From: Ginglymostoma cirratum
Lineage: Eukaryota
Direction of reading: 5' to 3'
Length of the DNA stretch: 64,000 bases
Assembly (NCBI GenBank): GCA_024137785.1
Contig: JAHRHZ010000084.1
Span: forward strand, 6,907,573-6,971,572
Position numbers and translations under genes: made by a program. The notes beneath the pieces are model-generated. The model saw only the letters and a program-made list of their open reading frames with translations. It did not search any database and was not told where the DNA came from. Below, one piece after another: positions 41,030 through 53,500 of this stretch (position 1 is its first letter; each line of letters begins with the position of its first letter).

Positions 41030-42120
41030 TAGCAAAGTATGTTGTGAAGAGCTTTTAAGGAGTTTACAAACAAATGATTGCAGATATACTGTGTGAGTGA
41101 ACAAAGCCTGACAGGCAAACGATCGCTGATTGAAATTGGCAGGTGCAATGTTGAAAGCATGAAAGAGAAGGGATCAGCGCTGTGAACTTAACTTCCAAGG
41201 CTACGCATCCTATTGAAAGGACAGGCGGATGGGTAGCGTGATAACAAGACCATATATTGTGTCGGAACGCATAAGATCCGTGTGGATAGAGTTCAGGAAC
41301 AGCCAAGGCAAAAACAAAAAAAAAATCCTAACAGTCGGTATGTAGATGTCTCCTAGTAATAATTGTGGATGTGGGGCAAGGAATAAATCAGACGATAGAA
41401 AAGAATGCAAGAAAGGCATTATTACAATAATCACGGGAGACCTCCATCTGCTGGCAGACTGGGAATATTAGGTTGGCACCGGATCCCAGGAAAAGTGATT
41501 CATGAAATATCTATGAGATGGTATTTAGGAGCAGCTGGTGGTGGAACCTACCGCAGCGCTAGGGCATTGTTAGATTTCAGTGGGATTCGGAGACAGAGGT
41601 GCTCACTCATAATTCCACAGATGGTAGCTTCGCACAGCTGGTTCAGATGGTTCTGTGTTTGGTGACAAGTAACGACGTAGAATTGGTTAGGGTGCATAAG
41701 GTGGCGGAACCCTGAGGGGACAGTAACAACAATATTATAGAATTCACCCCGCAGTTTGACAGGGAGAAACTGAAATCAGATATAACAGTGTTACAATTGA
41801 GCAAAGTTAATTACAAAGCCATGAGGGAGGAGCTTACTGAGCTGATTGGAAGGGATCTTAGCAGAGAAGACGGTGGAGCAACAATAACAGGAGCCTTTGG
41901 GGTAATTTAGAAGACACAGCAGAAATTAATTCCAAAGAAGAAGAAACATAGTAATGAGAAGAAGAGGCAACCGTAGCCAATAAAGTAAATCAGTGACAGT
42001 GAAAAAGCAAAAGAATAAACAAACAAGGTGATGAAGTTGAACGGGAAGCCAAATGATTAGAAAGCCTTTTTTTAAAAAGAGGACAACTGTAAGTACAATA
42101 AAGGGAGAGAACATGAAACA
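41030..42120 (+). mobile_element. CR1 endonuclease-region fragment
   Basis: gatccgtgtggatagagttcaggaacagccaaggc and GD/SD remnants typical of the CR1 APE domain. Confidence 0.6.
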
Positions 42121-43111
42121 TGAGGGCAAGGGTGCTAAATGCCTTCTTAACCACACTATCTATATGTGATTCAAGTTTCGAAGAATTATGTACCTGAACA
42201 CCAATGTCGCTAAACTCAGTGCTTTTACCATTCTGAACATATATGATCCTGTGAAAGTTCAAGCCATGACTTGAATTTGAATTTGAATTTGAATTTGAAG
42301 TCAAAATCTGTTAGTTAATTCTCTTGGGACACCTGATCAAATTCCACCACGGCAGCTGGTGAATTGTAAATGTAATTAAAAATCTTCATTTGAAATTGGA
42401 GCCCCCAGTAATGGAAACAGGAAAATTATCGTCACTTACTGTAAAAAAAAGGGTATTTGGTTCAATAGTGTCCGATATTGAAAGAAATCAGCTCCAGAGC
42501 AACGGCAACACTAGAAACTAATGCCCTTTAAGGAAGTAAAACCTTCCTAAAAACAAAGCGATAAGAATGATTCTTAACTGTGTTTTAAAACGTCTGAATA
42601 ACCTCCGTTGGGGCGGCCCATGATCAGATGTGACACAATAAGTCTGCCTAATGGCATAAATATGCCAGATATTTTGAGCCACAAAAAACAGATTAATCTG
42701 TCTTGTGCGGAATTAGACTGAGACCATACACTGGCACAATGCTAGCTTTGAGAAAGAGATAAATTCCAGGTAACGGGGTCTATTTTTAGCAAGGAACTTT
42801 ACAATAATATACAAGGAGTTCTGTACAAACAACAGCTGCAGATGCCTGTCAGAGACTGCCCAATTAGAGATATCTGGGAATAGACAGGCCAAGATTGAAT
42901 GTTAACAACAAGTAGAAAAAGTGTACTATCCCACACGAATAAAGACTCTTTACATAATCGAGTATTGAGAAATTCAGAAATGCAATCTGCACCCAAAGTT
43001 AAGAAATTTGGCAAAATTCCTTTACACAAAGGACCGTAGATAGTGGAGAGGAGTCAATCTCCCGTTAATGAGGCAGATTGAGCGACAAATGGGGAAAACC
43101 GATAACATTGA

Positions 43112-44855
43112 GAGAGCAAGATGTAGAGCTGGATGAACACAGCAGGCCAAGCAGCATCATAGGAGCAGGAAAGCTGACTTTTCGGGCCGAGACCCTTCAT
43201 CAGAAATGGGGGAGGAGAAGGGGTTTCTGAAATAAATAGGGAGAGAGGGGGAGGCGGATGGAAGATGGATAGAGGAGAAGGTAGATGGAGAGGAGACAGA
43301 CCAGTCAAAGATGTGGGGATGGACACAGTAAAGGTGAGTGTAGATGGGGAGGTAGGGAGGAGATAGGTCAGTCCAGGGAGGACGGACAGGTCAAGGGGGT
43401 GGGATGAGGTTAGTAGGTAGGAGATGGGGGTGGGGCTTGAGCTGGGAGGAGGGCATAGGTGGGAGGAAGGACAGGTTAGGGAAGCGGGGACGAGCTGGGC
43501 TGGTTTTGGGATGCAGTAGGGGGAGGGGAGAATTTGAAGCTTGTGAAGTCCATATTGGTACCATTGGGCTGCAGGGTTTCCAAGCGGAATATGAGTTGCT
43601 GTTCCTGCAACCTTCGGGTAGCATCGTTGTGGCACTGCAGGAGGCCCAGGATGGACATGTGGTCTGTGGAATGGGAGGGGGAGTTGAAATGGTTCGCGAC
43701 TGGGAGGTGCAGTTGTTTAGTGCGAACCGAGCGTAGGTGTTCGGCATAGCGGTCCCCAAGCCTCCGCTTGGTTTCCACAATGTAGAGAAGGCCACAACGA
43801 GAACAGCGGATGCAGTATACCCCATTAGGAGATGTGCAGGTGAACATCTTCTTGATGTGGAAAGTCTTCTTGAGGTCTGGGATGGTGGTGAGGGGGAGGG
43901 GTAGGGGAAGGTGTAGCACTTCCTGCAGTTGCAGGAAAAAGTGCCGGGTGTGGTGGGGCTGGAGGGGAGTGTGGAGCGGACAAGGGAGTCACGGAGAGGG
44001 TGATCCCTCTGGAAGGCAGATAAGGGTGGGGAGGGACAAATGTCTTTGGTGGTGGCGTCGGATTGCAGATGGCGGAAGTGTCGGAGGATGATGCGTTGGA
44101 TCCAGGAGGTTGGTGGGGTGGTACGTGAGGACGAGGGGGATTCTGTTTTGGTTTTTGTTGAGGGGGTGTGAGGGATAAGTTGTGGGAAATGCGGGAGGCA
44201 CGGTCGAGGGTGCTAAACAACTGCACCTCCCAGTCGCGAACCATTTCAACTCTCCCTCCCATTCTACAGGACACATGTCCATCTTGGGCCTCCTGCAGTG
44301 CCGCAATGATGCCACCCGAAGGTTGCAGGAACAGCATCTCATATTCCGTTTGGAAACCCTGCAGCCCAATGGTATCAATGTGGACTTCACAAGCTTCAAA
44401 ATCTCCTCTCCCCGTACCGCATCCCAAAACCAGCCTAGCTCGTCCCCGCCTCCCAAACCTGTCCTTCCTCCCATCTATCCCCTCCTCCCACCTCAATCCC
44501 CACCCTCATCTCCTACCTACTAACCTCATCCCGCCCCCTTGACCTGTCCGTCCTCCCTAGACTGACCTATCTACTCCCTGCCTCCCCACCTAACTCACTT
44601 TTACTGTCTCCATCCCTGCCTCTTTGACCGGTCTGTCTCCTCTCCACCTATCTTCTCCTCTATCCATCCTCTATCCGCTTCGCCCCTCTCCCTATTTATT
44701 TCAGAACCATCTTCCCCTCCCTCATTTCTGAAGAAGGGTCTAGGCCCCAAACGTCAGCTTTCCTGCTCCTATAATGCAGCTTGGCCTGCTGTATTCATCC
44801 AGCTCTACACCTTGTTATCTCAAATTCTCCAGCACTTGCAGTTCCTACTATCTCT
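43112..44855. mobile_element. Penelope-like element with inverted structure: - strand copy (~43112-44211) fused to + strand copy (~44212-44855)
   Basis: ORF 43476-43919 GVYCIRCSRCGLLYIVETKRRLGDRYAEHL...LETLQPNGTN (GIY-YIG endonuclease); the + arm is the reverse complement of ~43112-43720; hammerhead-like motifs at 43176-43203 (-) and 44728-44755 (+). Confidence 0.9.
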
Positions 44856-45396
44856 GAAACAACCTTTAGAGAGGACCAGCTCTACTTCGACAAAATAAAG
44901 AATGGCAGCTTTTCAAACTAACTAAGCAAAACTAAATAACGATGATGGAGCCAGCTGAAATGAATTCATAAATCCAATGATCAAGGGAGGAGGGACAGAC
45001 AAATGATAAGGTAAAAGAGAAACGAGAATATATTAGCAAAACCGTAGTGGTTCAGACAATCTTATTGAGCGGTGAACACTATTGAGTTTCTGTCTTATTG
45101 ACTTAATTTGAATGAATGCCGTCTTATTAAGTGAAAAAGATACTGTTGAAACATTTAGTGTAGGGGCAGTAAATTTGAACTTAGAAATAATTTCCTGTTT
45201 AAAACACACTTACACATAGCACGTGAATAGAAGGAATCATAATTGCAGATGCAAGATAGAGGGGCAGCGTTCCGTTCCAAGATCGGGTGGGACGCAAGCT
45301 GCTCACAGCTCGTTAAGCAAAGAATTCTAACATTAGGTGTGACCATATTTCTTTATATATGATTAAACTTATATCAGAACAGATATTATGTATTTT

Positions 45397-45675
45397 TTAC
45401 GAATGAATAGGAATTAGCATCTTTTTTGTCTCCTGTGATGAAGACAATAGGAAATATAAAATGAGTAACATAATTTGAAGAGGATACCAATGAACCCAAA
45501 GAAACGGGGAAATTCTAATGAAGTCAATGTCATATGTTTCCGATGAGCCACTGATTGTTCCAAACAAAACTATATTTTTTAAACTGCGGGGTGAAATCAC
45601 TTTGGGCCAACAAAAAGCAGGCTCTGCAGTAGAAAACCAAAGTCTGTCCAAATGTCGTCCCACCTCTCTCCGCCT
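45397..45675 (-). pseudogene. Possible cytoplasmic exon of degenerate IgSF gene A
   Basis: Acceptor tttttcag| then phase-0 RRREVGR..., following the TM exon at 46255-46364; end undefined. Confidence 0.3.
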
Positions 45676-46254
45676 CTGAAAAAGCACCACCCACAAAAGC
45701 ACGCAGCCAGTACACTCGTGGCATAAACAGACAAAGAGCAGAAAACAACTGAGATCGACAGATACTTAATCAGGGGAGCGTGTGGTCTTGTGTTTACGTG
45801 AAAAGATAGTAAAATGGACCTGCTAAAGGGTCCCGATGTGAAACGTCAACTTTCCTGCTCCTCTGATGCTGCCTGGCCTGTTGTGTTCCTCCGGCTCTAC
45901 GCTGTGCTATATCTGACGAATTTGGATCAGTTATGATGCTGTCGAATGATGGAGCAGGCTCGAGGGTCGACCAGCCTATTCCTATTCATATTTCCTATGG
46001 TTGTACGATCCTAAAACAATGAGGCCACTTTCAGTGAAATGTGAGCAGGAAACGATACTATATTGTTGCACATATATTTGGGACGTAGAGGCTGAACCAT
46101 TTAAAAATGTTGCGAAATTTTATGTTTTTTTTCTAAATGCACTGTAGCAATTCCATTGTGACGTTAAAATACCATTTACAACAACAGCAGTAATTGCCGA
46201 TCTTCGTTTTCACATTAACATGCATTTTTCATTCCGTTTTCTGCGCTTAATCAC

Positions 46255-46364
46255 CAATTGTTCTGTTCAAAGTTTTAACAACAGTAAAACGAAGCAAAAC
46301 AGTAAATGAAGGCCAGTGAAACAGACACACGAGAAATACACTGAGGTGGTGCTGAGACGTGAAT
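46255..46364 (-). pseudogene. Degenerate IgSF gene A: transmembrane exon
   Basis: ttcttgacag| DSRLSTTSVYFSCVCFTGLHLLFCFVLLLLKL*TEQL |gtgatt; 110 nt, phase 1 to 0 like the gene B TM exon. Confidence 0.5.
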
Positions 46365-47004
46365 CTGTCAAGAAATTCCACGCAATTACATTTCATTAAT
46401 ATTCCGGGACAAATAAAAAACACTATTCGAACGGCAGTTTGCACTCATGCTTTCTTTCTCTGATTTTCTGGGCTTTTTTTTGATGCATTTCGGTTTCTGA
46501 TCAACTCTTTAAACAAAATATCCCCGTAAAAGTTATTAAACAATCACTACCATTACAAAACATGAACTTATGGAAGAAAGATGTCTGCATTTCTCAGGAT
46601 TGAAAACAGAGCCAAAGAAAATCCAAAATAATAGAAAAAAGTGAATGCGTTGCAGTATAGATATGACTATTGCTGCTGAGGCATCATCTGTATTTTGGAA
46701 ATAGAATAATGCACGTACTGTTATAATAAATACGTTCAATTAAGATATATGTTGCTAGATGTTAACAATCGAATGTGTATGCTATTTGTGTGTAAGATTG
46801 CAAATCTTAAGCCTTGATTCGAGTCAAAGCAGAAATGTCCCGACAAACTCAATAGGTCTGCTCCATCTTCGGTGAAAAAACGGTTTCGAATCCAATGACC
46901 CTTTTTTTTTGCTATACATTGATTTGAGTGTTGTGTTGGCTTATTCTGATAGCCGACAAGTGGTTTGATTTGGGCGCTATAATTTATAAGATCATCCTTA
47001 AATT

Positions 47005-47615
47005 TTGGCGTAGATTTGTAGCTCGGGTTGTGGGTGTTGAGGTTGGTTTGCTGGCCGAGCTCCGACTCGCTCCGACAACTCCTACAACTACTCACTCATC
47101 TCAATCCACACGGACACGAACCATCAATTCGACTGGGACAACACCAATATCCTGGGACACTTTAACCAGAGACAGGCAAGGGAATTCCTAGAAGCCTGGC
47201 ACTCCACGAAGCAAGCTATTAATAAACAGATAGATACTGACTCATCTCAATCCACATGGACAAAGAGAGCCACCCCTTCGTCTGGGACAAGAGAGCCACC
47301 CCTTCGACTGGGACAACACTAAAATCCTGGGACAAGCTAAGCAGAGACAGGCACGGGAATTCCTAGAAGCCTGGCACTCCACGAAGCATGCTATTAAGAA
47401 ACACATAGAACTCGACCCCATATACACTCCACTACTAAGGAAAACCGGAAGTGAGGCAACCAGCTCGACGGACTCCAGTGTTTAAAAACCAGGCGCGAAA
47501 ACACACCGACGCTTCATCGGAGGCTGCACTGCGGATGGTAACCAACATGGTAATGAAATGTTTGCAAAACAACAAACCAGTTCGGCTAGCCAACCAACCT
47601 CATCATCCTCAAATT
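47005..47615 (+). mobile_element. Penelope-like element of a second family (3' fragment with internal tandem duplication and inverted end)
   Basis: FDWDNTKILG...AREFLEAWHSTKHAIKKHIELDPIY (GIY-YIG C-terminus) present twice; ~47030-47061 inverted relative to ~47578-47608; decayed hammerhead-like motif ~47529-47562. Confidence 0.7.
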
Positions 47616-47989
47616 CTCTGAACATAACGTTCACTTGATAGAGAACTCGGAGTACTCCTCACAAATCTGTAAATTTTCATTCCAATGAAAGACCCAGGCC
47701 TCTAATGGATGATAGCGGAAGATGTAGGCGCAATAATTTTACCAGGACTTGTTTTTGAAACGAAAAAATAAATTCAAAATACGTTTGGAGCCAACAACCA
47801 AATGGAATATAGAGGAGAAGTGGAAATATCTCGAGTTGAATTTGCATGTGAGGTCGACATCAGCGTGGCTGCCTCATCAGCTGCGGTACATCCCACAATT
47901 ACTATCACTAAACGATGAGATTTTTCAGACGTATATTGCATGCAGCGCAGAGTTAGAATGTTAATTGAGTAGCTACAGTCAGGAAGATA

Positions 47990-48360
47990 TGCTAACTATT
48001 CCAATGAGAAAGCGTTGAGCAAATAATGTATAGATACTGTAACAGAATGTGTATAAAAGACCTCCTCTTTGACTTAAATGTTCTGGTGTCATTTCTGTAT
48101 GATCGTAGAACGACACAACATATATTAAGGATAAACGATTCCAAAATGTCTGCAGTCTGCTCTGGACATGTGAAACTACTTCTAATCGGTATTCATAGTC
48201 TACGACACATCTCTTTTTTAAGCGAGTTATCCATTCTAAACACAATTCTTCGGTAGTTCTGATCAAAGCCTTCTACTTTGGCACACATTGCTCTTACTTC
48301 CTGAGGCCTGTGTGTTGTGTGGTACCAGAACATATTTGTTTCGAACATCGCATAAAATTC
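47990..48360 (-). pseudogene. Possible very degenerate Ig C-type exon of gene A
   Basis: Pieces in different frames: MCAKVEGF / ELCLEW / YRLEVVSHV / LYTFC, in C1-like order. Confidence 0.25.
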
Positions 48361-49119
48361 ACCTGCTTCATTTAATTTATCTTATTTTTCTAAATGCAAT
48401 TTGAAAAATCTATGACAATTGGTTTAATTAATTTATTTTTCCACAAAAAGGTGTAATTTAGGGTGTATTGAGACAGGTCTGGTTGACGTAAGTAAATCCG
48501 GAAATCCTTATCGATTTGCGAGGTCAAAACTGGTCATCCATGAGGCAAAGCCAGTGACAGAATTGTTTTTAATTACAATCCAAAGCCCCGTGACGGCGAA
48601 AGTTGCTTTCTCTATGAACAATTTCTGAAAGAATCAAAAATGATCGAAATCAGTTTATCTCTTCTTCACTGAGTTTAGATCATGCCGATTTTGAACATCC
48701 CAGAATAATCTGGGGTTTTTTTTGCCGAGTATTGTGCTTTTCCTGCTGATCGCTATCCTTCATTGCTGTTTTCATTAGGCATTTCCCCTGCTAACAAGCA
48801 ACTCCTGGTAAACTAAAACGTTTTTAGATATTTTGAAATTGTATTTCAAAAAATTATGTTTGGTTTAGAAGGAATCTCTCAAGTTACATAACAGATCTTT
48901 GGCTTATTCTAATCACGATCCAGTCCAGTACATGTCAATTAGTGTCACAGAACTATTCTTAATACACAGTTGAAAAAAAAGCTTAGCCCAGATATTGGGA
49001 TCTGAATGCCAGTTGCTGCATCGAATCGCAGTGGCGTCAGATTCCAGATAACACGATGTCATTTGTGAAATGACAATATGCAGCAAGAAGAAACCGGGTA
49101 CACATTTAGGTTGTGTACT

Positions 49120-49439
49120 CAGACGTAGGCAGGAAAATGCATAAATTCAAGGAGGTTAACTGGTAATAAGATGGCTGATACTCTCTCAACGAACGTGTTT
49201 TCTGCGCAGGAGCTCACAGTCACTGAACGAGTCGAGAACTTCCTTTGCATATTGGAACTGCCTACTTGAGAAAGCAAAATCGGGGCTGCAGATTTGATGT
49301 AACGGTTTGTTTCGCGTGTTAGTGTCGGTGATGTAAGCATTCAATACACGTAGATTTGGCAACTTCACTTTTTGCCATATCAAGCGACCGACAGAACATA
49401 TTTTGAAAATTCTACGGTCAGAAATAGCGAACATAGAAG
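49120..49439 (-). pseudogene. Possible very degenerate Ig C-type exon of gene A
   Basis: Strong acceptor ttctcttttacag|; Ig-domain-sized; remnants RKFSTRSVTVSS..ENTF and frameshifted SHL. Confidence 0.3.
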
Positions 49440-49599
49440 CTGTAAAAGAGAACTTCATGCTTTGCGAGTGAATGGTGGCATCTCTAACTCAAGTTCATAA
49501 TCGGTGTCATAAACAGCTCTCAGCCAGCCAGGGATGGAACAATCGTTTAAAATAAATACAATTTTAAGTCGTTTACTGAATACTCTTTCACTGATGACC

Positions 49600-50990
49600 A
49601 TGTGATACACATAAAACGGATGCACTCACTGAATAGTAATGAATTTGGGAAGTTTAACAAAGCTTCAGAATTGGGAATAAATGGCAGGATATTTGGAGAG
49701 ATAGACGAAGTGAAAAACTTGGGAGTGCATGTCCACAGACGTTTGAAGATGGCACAACAATTAATAACGGTAGTAAAGAATGATTATAGGACGCTTTCCT
49801 TCCGAGGATAAGATCTGAAATATGACAGCAAGGATGTAATTCCGGGCTGTGTGAAACGCTGATTTGGCTACAGATACATATATTGTATACTTCTGGGCAC
49901 TGCATTGCAGGAAGTTTGTTATTGTTTTGAAGACGGTACAGAAGGAATTTGAAGGGTTCCAATGGATTGGAAACATTAGCTCTGGAAAAAGAGTGAAGTG
50001 AGTGTCATTTCTGCGAGTACTCTTGAGTTGCGCTTTGGCTAAATTGAAATTCATAAGATTAGAGGGACATTGACAGAACAGGATAAGCATATTTCCCCTA
50101 ATGGGGAAATAATCATCGATCTAAAGTAATTTCTTTTCGAAGGAATACATGGAAAATGAGAAAGAAAATTCGCCCAGAATTGATGGATGTTTGGAATGCG
50201 CTGTCTGGTTAGGCAACTGAGCAAGGGATATTTAAACTGTTTAACACTAAGGCCCTAAACTTTTTTTTTATTTAAAGGCAAGTGTAAGGAGCTGTGTGAC
50301 GGATGTGACTCGATTAGTCTACTTCTGGTCTTTGAGCAAACAAGAAAAAACTTTATTTTTACAACACGGTTAAAATACAAACAAACAAGAAGAATTGATA
50401 TAACGTTTGACGTATGGAAATACTTAACAAATTAATTTATTATACAGGAAATAAACATAAACTGTTCCAATGTAGCAATATCTCATAAACACACCCTTTG
50501 CCAAAGCAAATTAACCAAGACAGATTTTCCACATTTACTATCTCCTCCAGTCCAGGTAAAAGCAACACCTAAAGAACAATTTAGCAGTCGACACAGGATA
50601 CAAGCTCTTTTTGCCGCAGAAGAGAGAGATGTATCTATCAGCCTCAGTAGCCAGCTCCAAACCCCAAATGTAAGGAAAACTAAATCCCTGATTTTGTGAT
50701 TAAAACAAAATGCTCAGGGAAGTCAAGGTTGTTTACGTACTACTTCTGAAGCAGATAATCCGACACAAATGTGGTAACACTGCTCTGCAAGAGAAACAGC
50801 AAAGACCAAATCTCACTTTATGGCTAGTGCCGTCACAAAACGTTCATGGATCTGCACTGCAAGCGCTGTAATTTTTAAGGAAACAAGCAGGTGTTGGAAG
50901 ATAAACCTTGACTGGGCAATTAGGTTGAATTCTGGCGCGCACTGACACACTGAATGATTCCCTGGTACCATGGATTTTCTATGATTTTTA
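49600..50990 (+). mobile_element. Degenerate CR1 3' part interrupted by a solo LTR
   Basis: KNLGVHVHRRLKMAQQL matches RDLEVHFHRSLKIATQV (ORF 60424-60753); ttttctatgatt tail at ~50975. Confidence 0.7.
50238..50837 (-). mobile_element. Solo LTR related to the Gmr1-like LTRs at 13101 and 18562
   Basis: Reverse complement starts tgtgacggcact and contains aatttgctttggcaaagggtgtgtttatgagat...acattggaacagt, matching ~13429-13481. Confidence 0.75.
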
Positions 50991-51654
50991 TCGTGCGCAG
51001 CACGATAGAATACTTTAGGAATACTAACATGTTTCCAAATTGTTGGCGGGAAATAATTGGTACCGAATTGGGGTATTTCACAAAGTCTCTAAAGGGAGAA
51101 ATGTGCCGAGGCCAATGTGGTAACACCGCTCTGCAATTTCCGTGAAGGTTGTTAACTAAGGTGATACGCTGAAAACATATAGCATAATGTGATGCAAACA
51201 TATTCAATGGTACACTCGTATTTGTATCTGCTTAGAACACAATTTGTCAAGTTGCACTGACCATTTACGTTTTCGATCAATTTACATGCTTATCTGTTCT
51301 CTTACATGCAGAAAGAAATAACTTTTGGAGTTCTTCCTTTGAGCTAAATTAATTCAGAAAATACTAGACAAATTAAAATTTGAAGTTGTCAGCGTTGTTC
51401 AAATCTCATTATCGAATTAAAATGAATCTCAATTGCTCAATAGGTATTTTCTGTACCTTCATCACAACCTGAAAGCAGTTCGAATGGACACCTGTACCTC
51501 TTTCTGAATCCCCAATTTACAACGTCTTCCTGCACCGTTACTCTATCAGACGAAAGCACAATGAAGAAGACAGAGGTTAAAATCCCTCTCATTCAAATAT
51601 GTTGTGTAAATAATTGCAACCCTGCTCTTATTGCAGCTCGGTTTGATTTCTGGA

Positions 51655-53317
51655 TCAGCTCAGCCGAACTTGTCCTCACCCTCAACAACTCATTTAATTC
51701 CTCCCGCTTCCGACAGACAAACAGGGTGGCCATGGGTACCCGTATGGGCCCAAGCTATGCCTGCCTCTTTGTAGGTTACGTGGAACAATCCCGCCCGTAC
51801 CTACAACGGCCCGAAACCCCACCTCTTACTCCGTTACATTGATTACTGTATCGGCGCCGCTTCGTGCTCCCACAAGGAGCTCGAACAGTTCATCCACTTC
51901 ATCAACATCTTCCACCCCAACCTTAAGTTCACCTGGGACATCTCTAACACTTCTCTCTCCAACCCGGACCTCTCTGTCTCCATCTCGGGTAACCACCTAG
52001 AAATCGATGTGCATTTCAAGCCCAAAGACTCCCACAAGCTACCGAGAATACACCTCCTCCCACCCACCTTCCTGCAAAAATGCCATCCCCTATTCCCAAT
52101 TCCTTCGCCTCCGCCGCATCTGCTCCAAGGATGAGACATTCCACTCCTGTACATCTCAGATATCCTCATTCTTCAAGGACCGCAACTTCCCCCAGCAGTG
52201 GTCAAGAACGCCCTCCACCGCGTATCGTGCATTTCCCGCAACTCATCCCTCACACCACGTCCCCGCAATAAAAACCAAAAAAAGAATCCCCCTCGTCCTC
52301 ACGTACCACCCCACCAACCTCCGGATCCAACGCATCTTCCTCCGACACTTCCGCCATCTGCAATCCGACCCCACCACCAAAGACATTTTTCCCTCCCCAC
52401 CCTTGTCTGCTTTCCGGAGCGACCACTCTCTCCGTGACTCCCTTGTCCGCTCCATACTCCCCTCCAGCCCCACCACACCCGGCACTTTTCCCTGCAAGAG
52501 CAGGAAGTGCTACACCTGCTCCCACACCTCCTCTCTCACCCCAATCCCAGGCCCCAAGAAGACTTTCCACATCAAGCAGATGTTCACCTGCACATGTGCC
52601 AATGTGGTATACTGCATCCGCTGTTCCCGTTGTGACCTCCTCTACATCGGGAAACCAAGCGGAGGCTTGGGGACCGCTTTGCAGAACACCTGCGCTCAGT
52701 TCCCAACAAACAATTGCACCTCCCAGTCACGAACCATTTCAACTCCCCCTCCCATTCCTCAGACGACATGTCCATCCTGGGCCTCCTGCAGTGCCACGAT
52801 GATGCCACCCGAAGGCTGCAGTAACAGCAAATCATATTCAGCCTGGGAACCCTGCAGCCCAATGGTATCAATGTGGATTTCACAAGCTTCAAAATCTCCC
52901 CTCCCCCAACCGCATCCCAAAACCAGACCAGCTCATCTCCGCCTCCCTAACCTGTCCTTCCTCTCACCTATCCCCTCCTCCCACCTCAAGCCCCATCCCC
53001 ATCTCCTATCTACTAACCACATCCCACCCCCTTGACCTGTCCGTCCTCCCTGGACTGACCTATCTCCTCCCTACCTCCCCACATACACTCACCTTTACTG
53101 GCTCCATCCCCGCCTCTTTGACTTGTCTGTCTCCTCTCCACCTGTCCTCTCCTCTATCCATCTTCTATTCGCCTCCCCCTCTCTCCCTATTTATTTCGGA
53201 GCCTTCTTCCCCTCCCCCATTTCTGAAGACGTGTCGAGGCCCGAAACATCAAACTTTCCTGCTCCGATGATGCTGCTTGGCCTGCTGTGTTCATCCAGCT
53301 CCACACCTTGCTATCTC
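51655..53317 (+). mobile_element. Penelope-like element, 5'-truncated (RT C-half + GIY-YIG + terminus)
   Basis: VAMGTRMGPSYACLFVGYVEQ, RYIDY, CKNAIPYSQFLRLRRICS and NVVYCIRCSRCDLLYIG; frameshifted. Confidence 0.92.
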
Positions 53318-53500
53318 AGTCAACTCGAAATGGTGATTTGTGATTTCTGGCAGTTTGGATTTTCAAAATCTTGCTATTTTATGGTCGTACCAACAGTATC
53401 CTCTCCACGGTTTCGTGCTAACCATTTCTGAACATAGAACATCAATTTCCACCTTAGGACAATCACGTCCTGCTCTACTACGCCAGGCTTCTCTCTCAAA
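53318..53500 (-). pseudogene. Possible 5' half of a V-domain exon of gene A; possible 3' half at ~51500-51650 beyond the PLE
   Basis: GVVEQDV../KVEIDVLCSEMVSTKPWRGYCWY (V-like Cys-Trp spacing); other side RVAIIYTTYLNERDFNLCLLHCAF**SNGAGRR. Confidence 0.3.

Noticed and set aside
42270-42299. (TTGAAT)n short repeat, and a 15-bp tandem at 53611-53640
   Set aside because: Ordinary slippage repeats with no evidence of function.
52007-53035. 342-aa ORF as a host gene
   Set aside because: It is frameshifted Penelope RT/GIY-YIG sequence.
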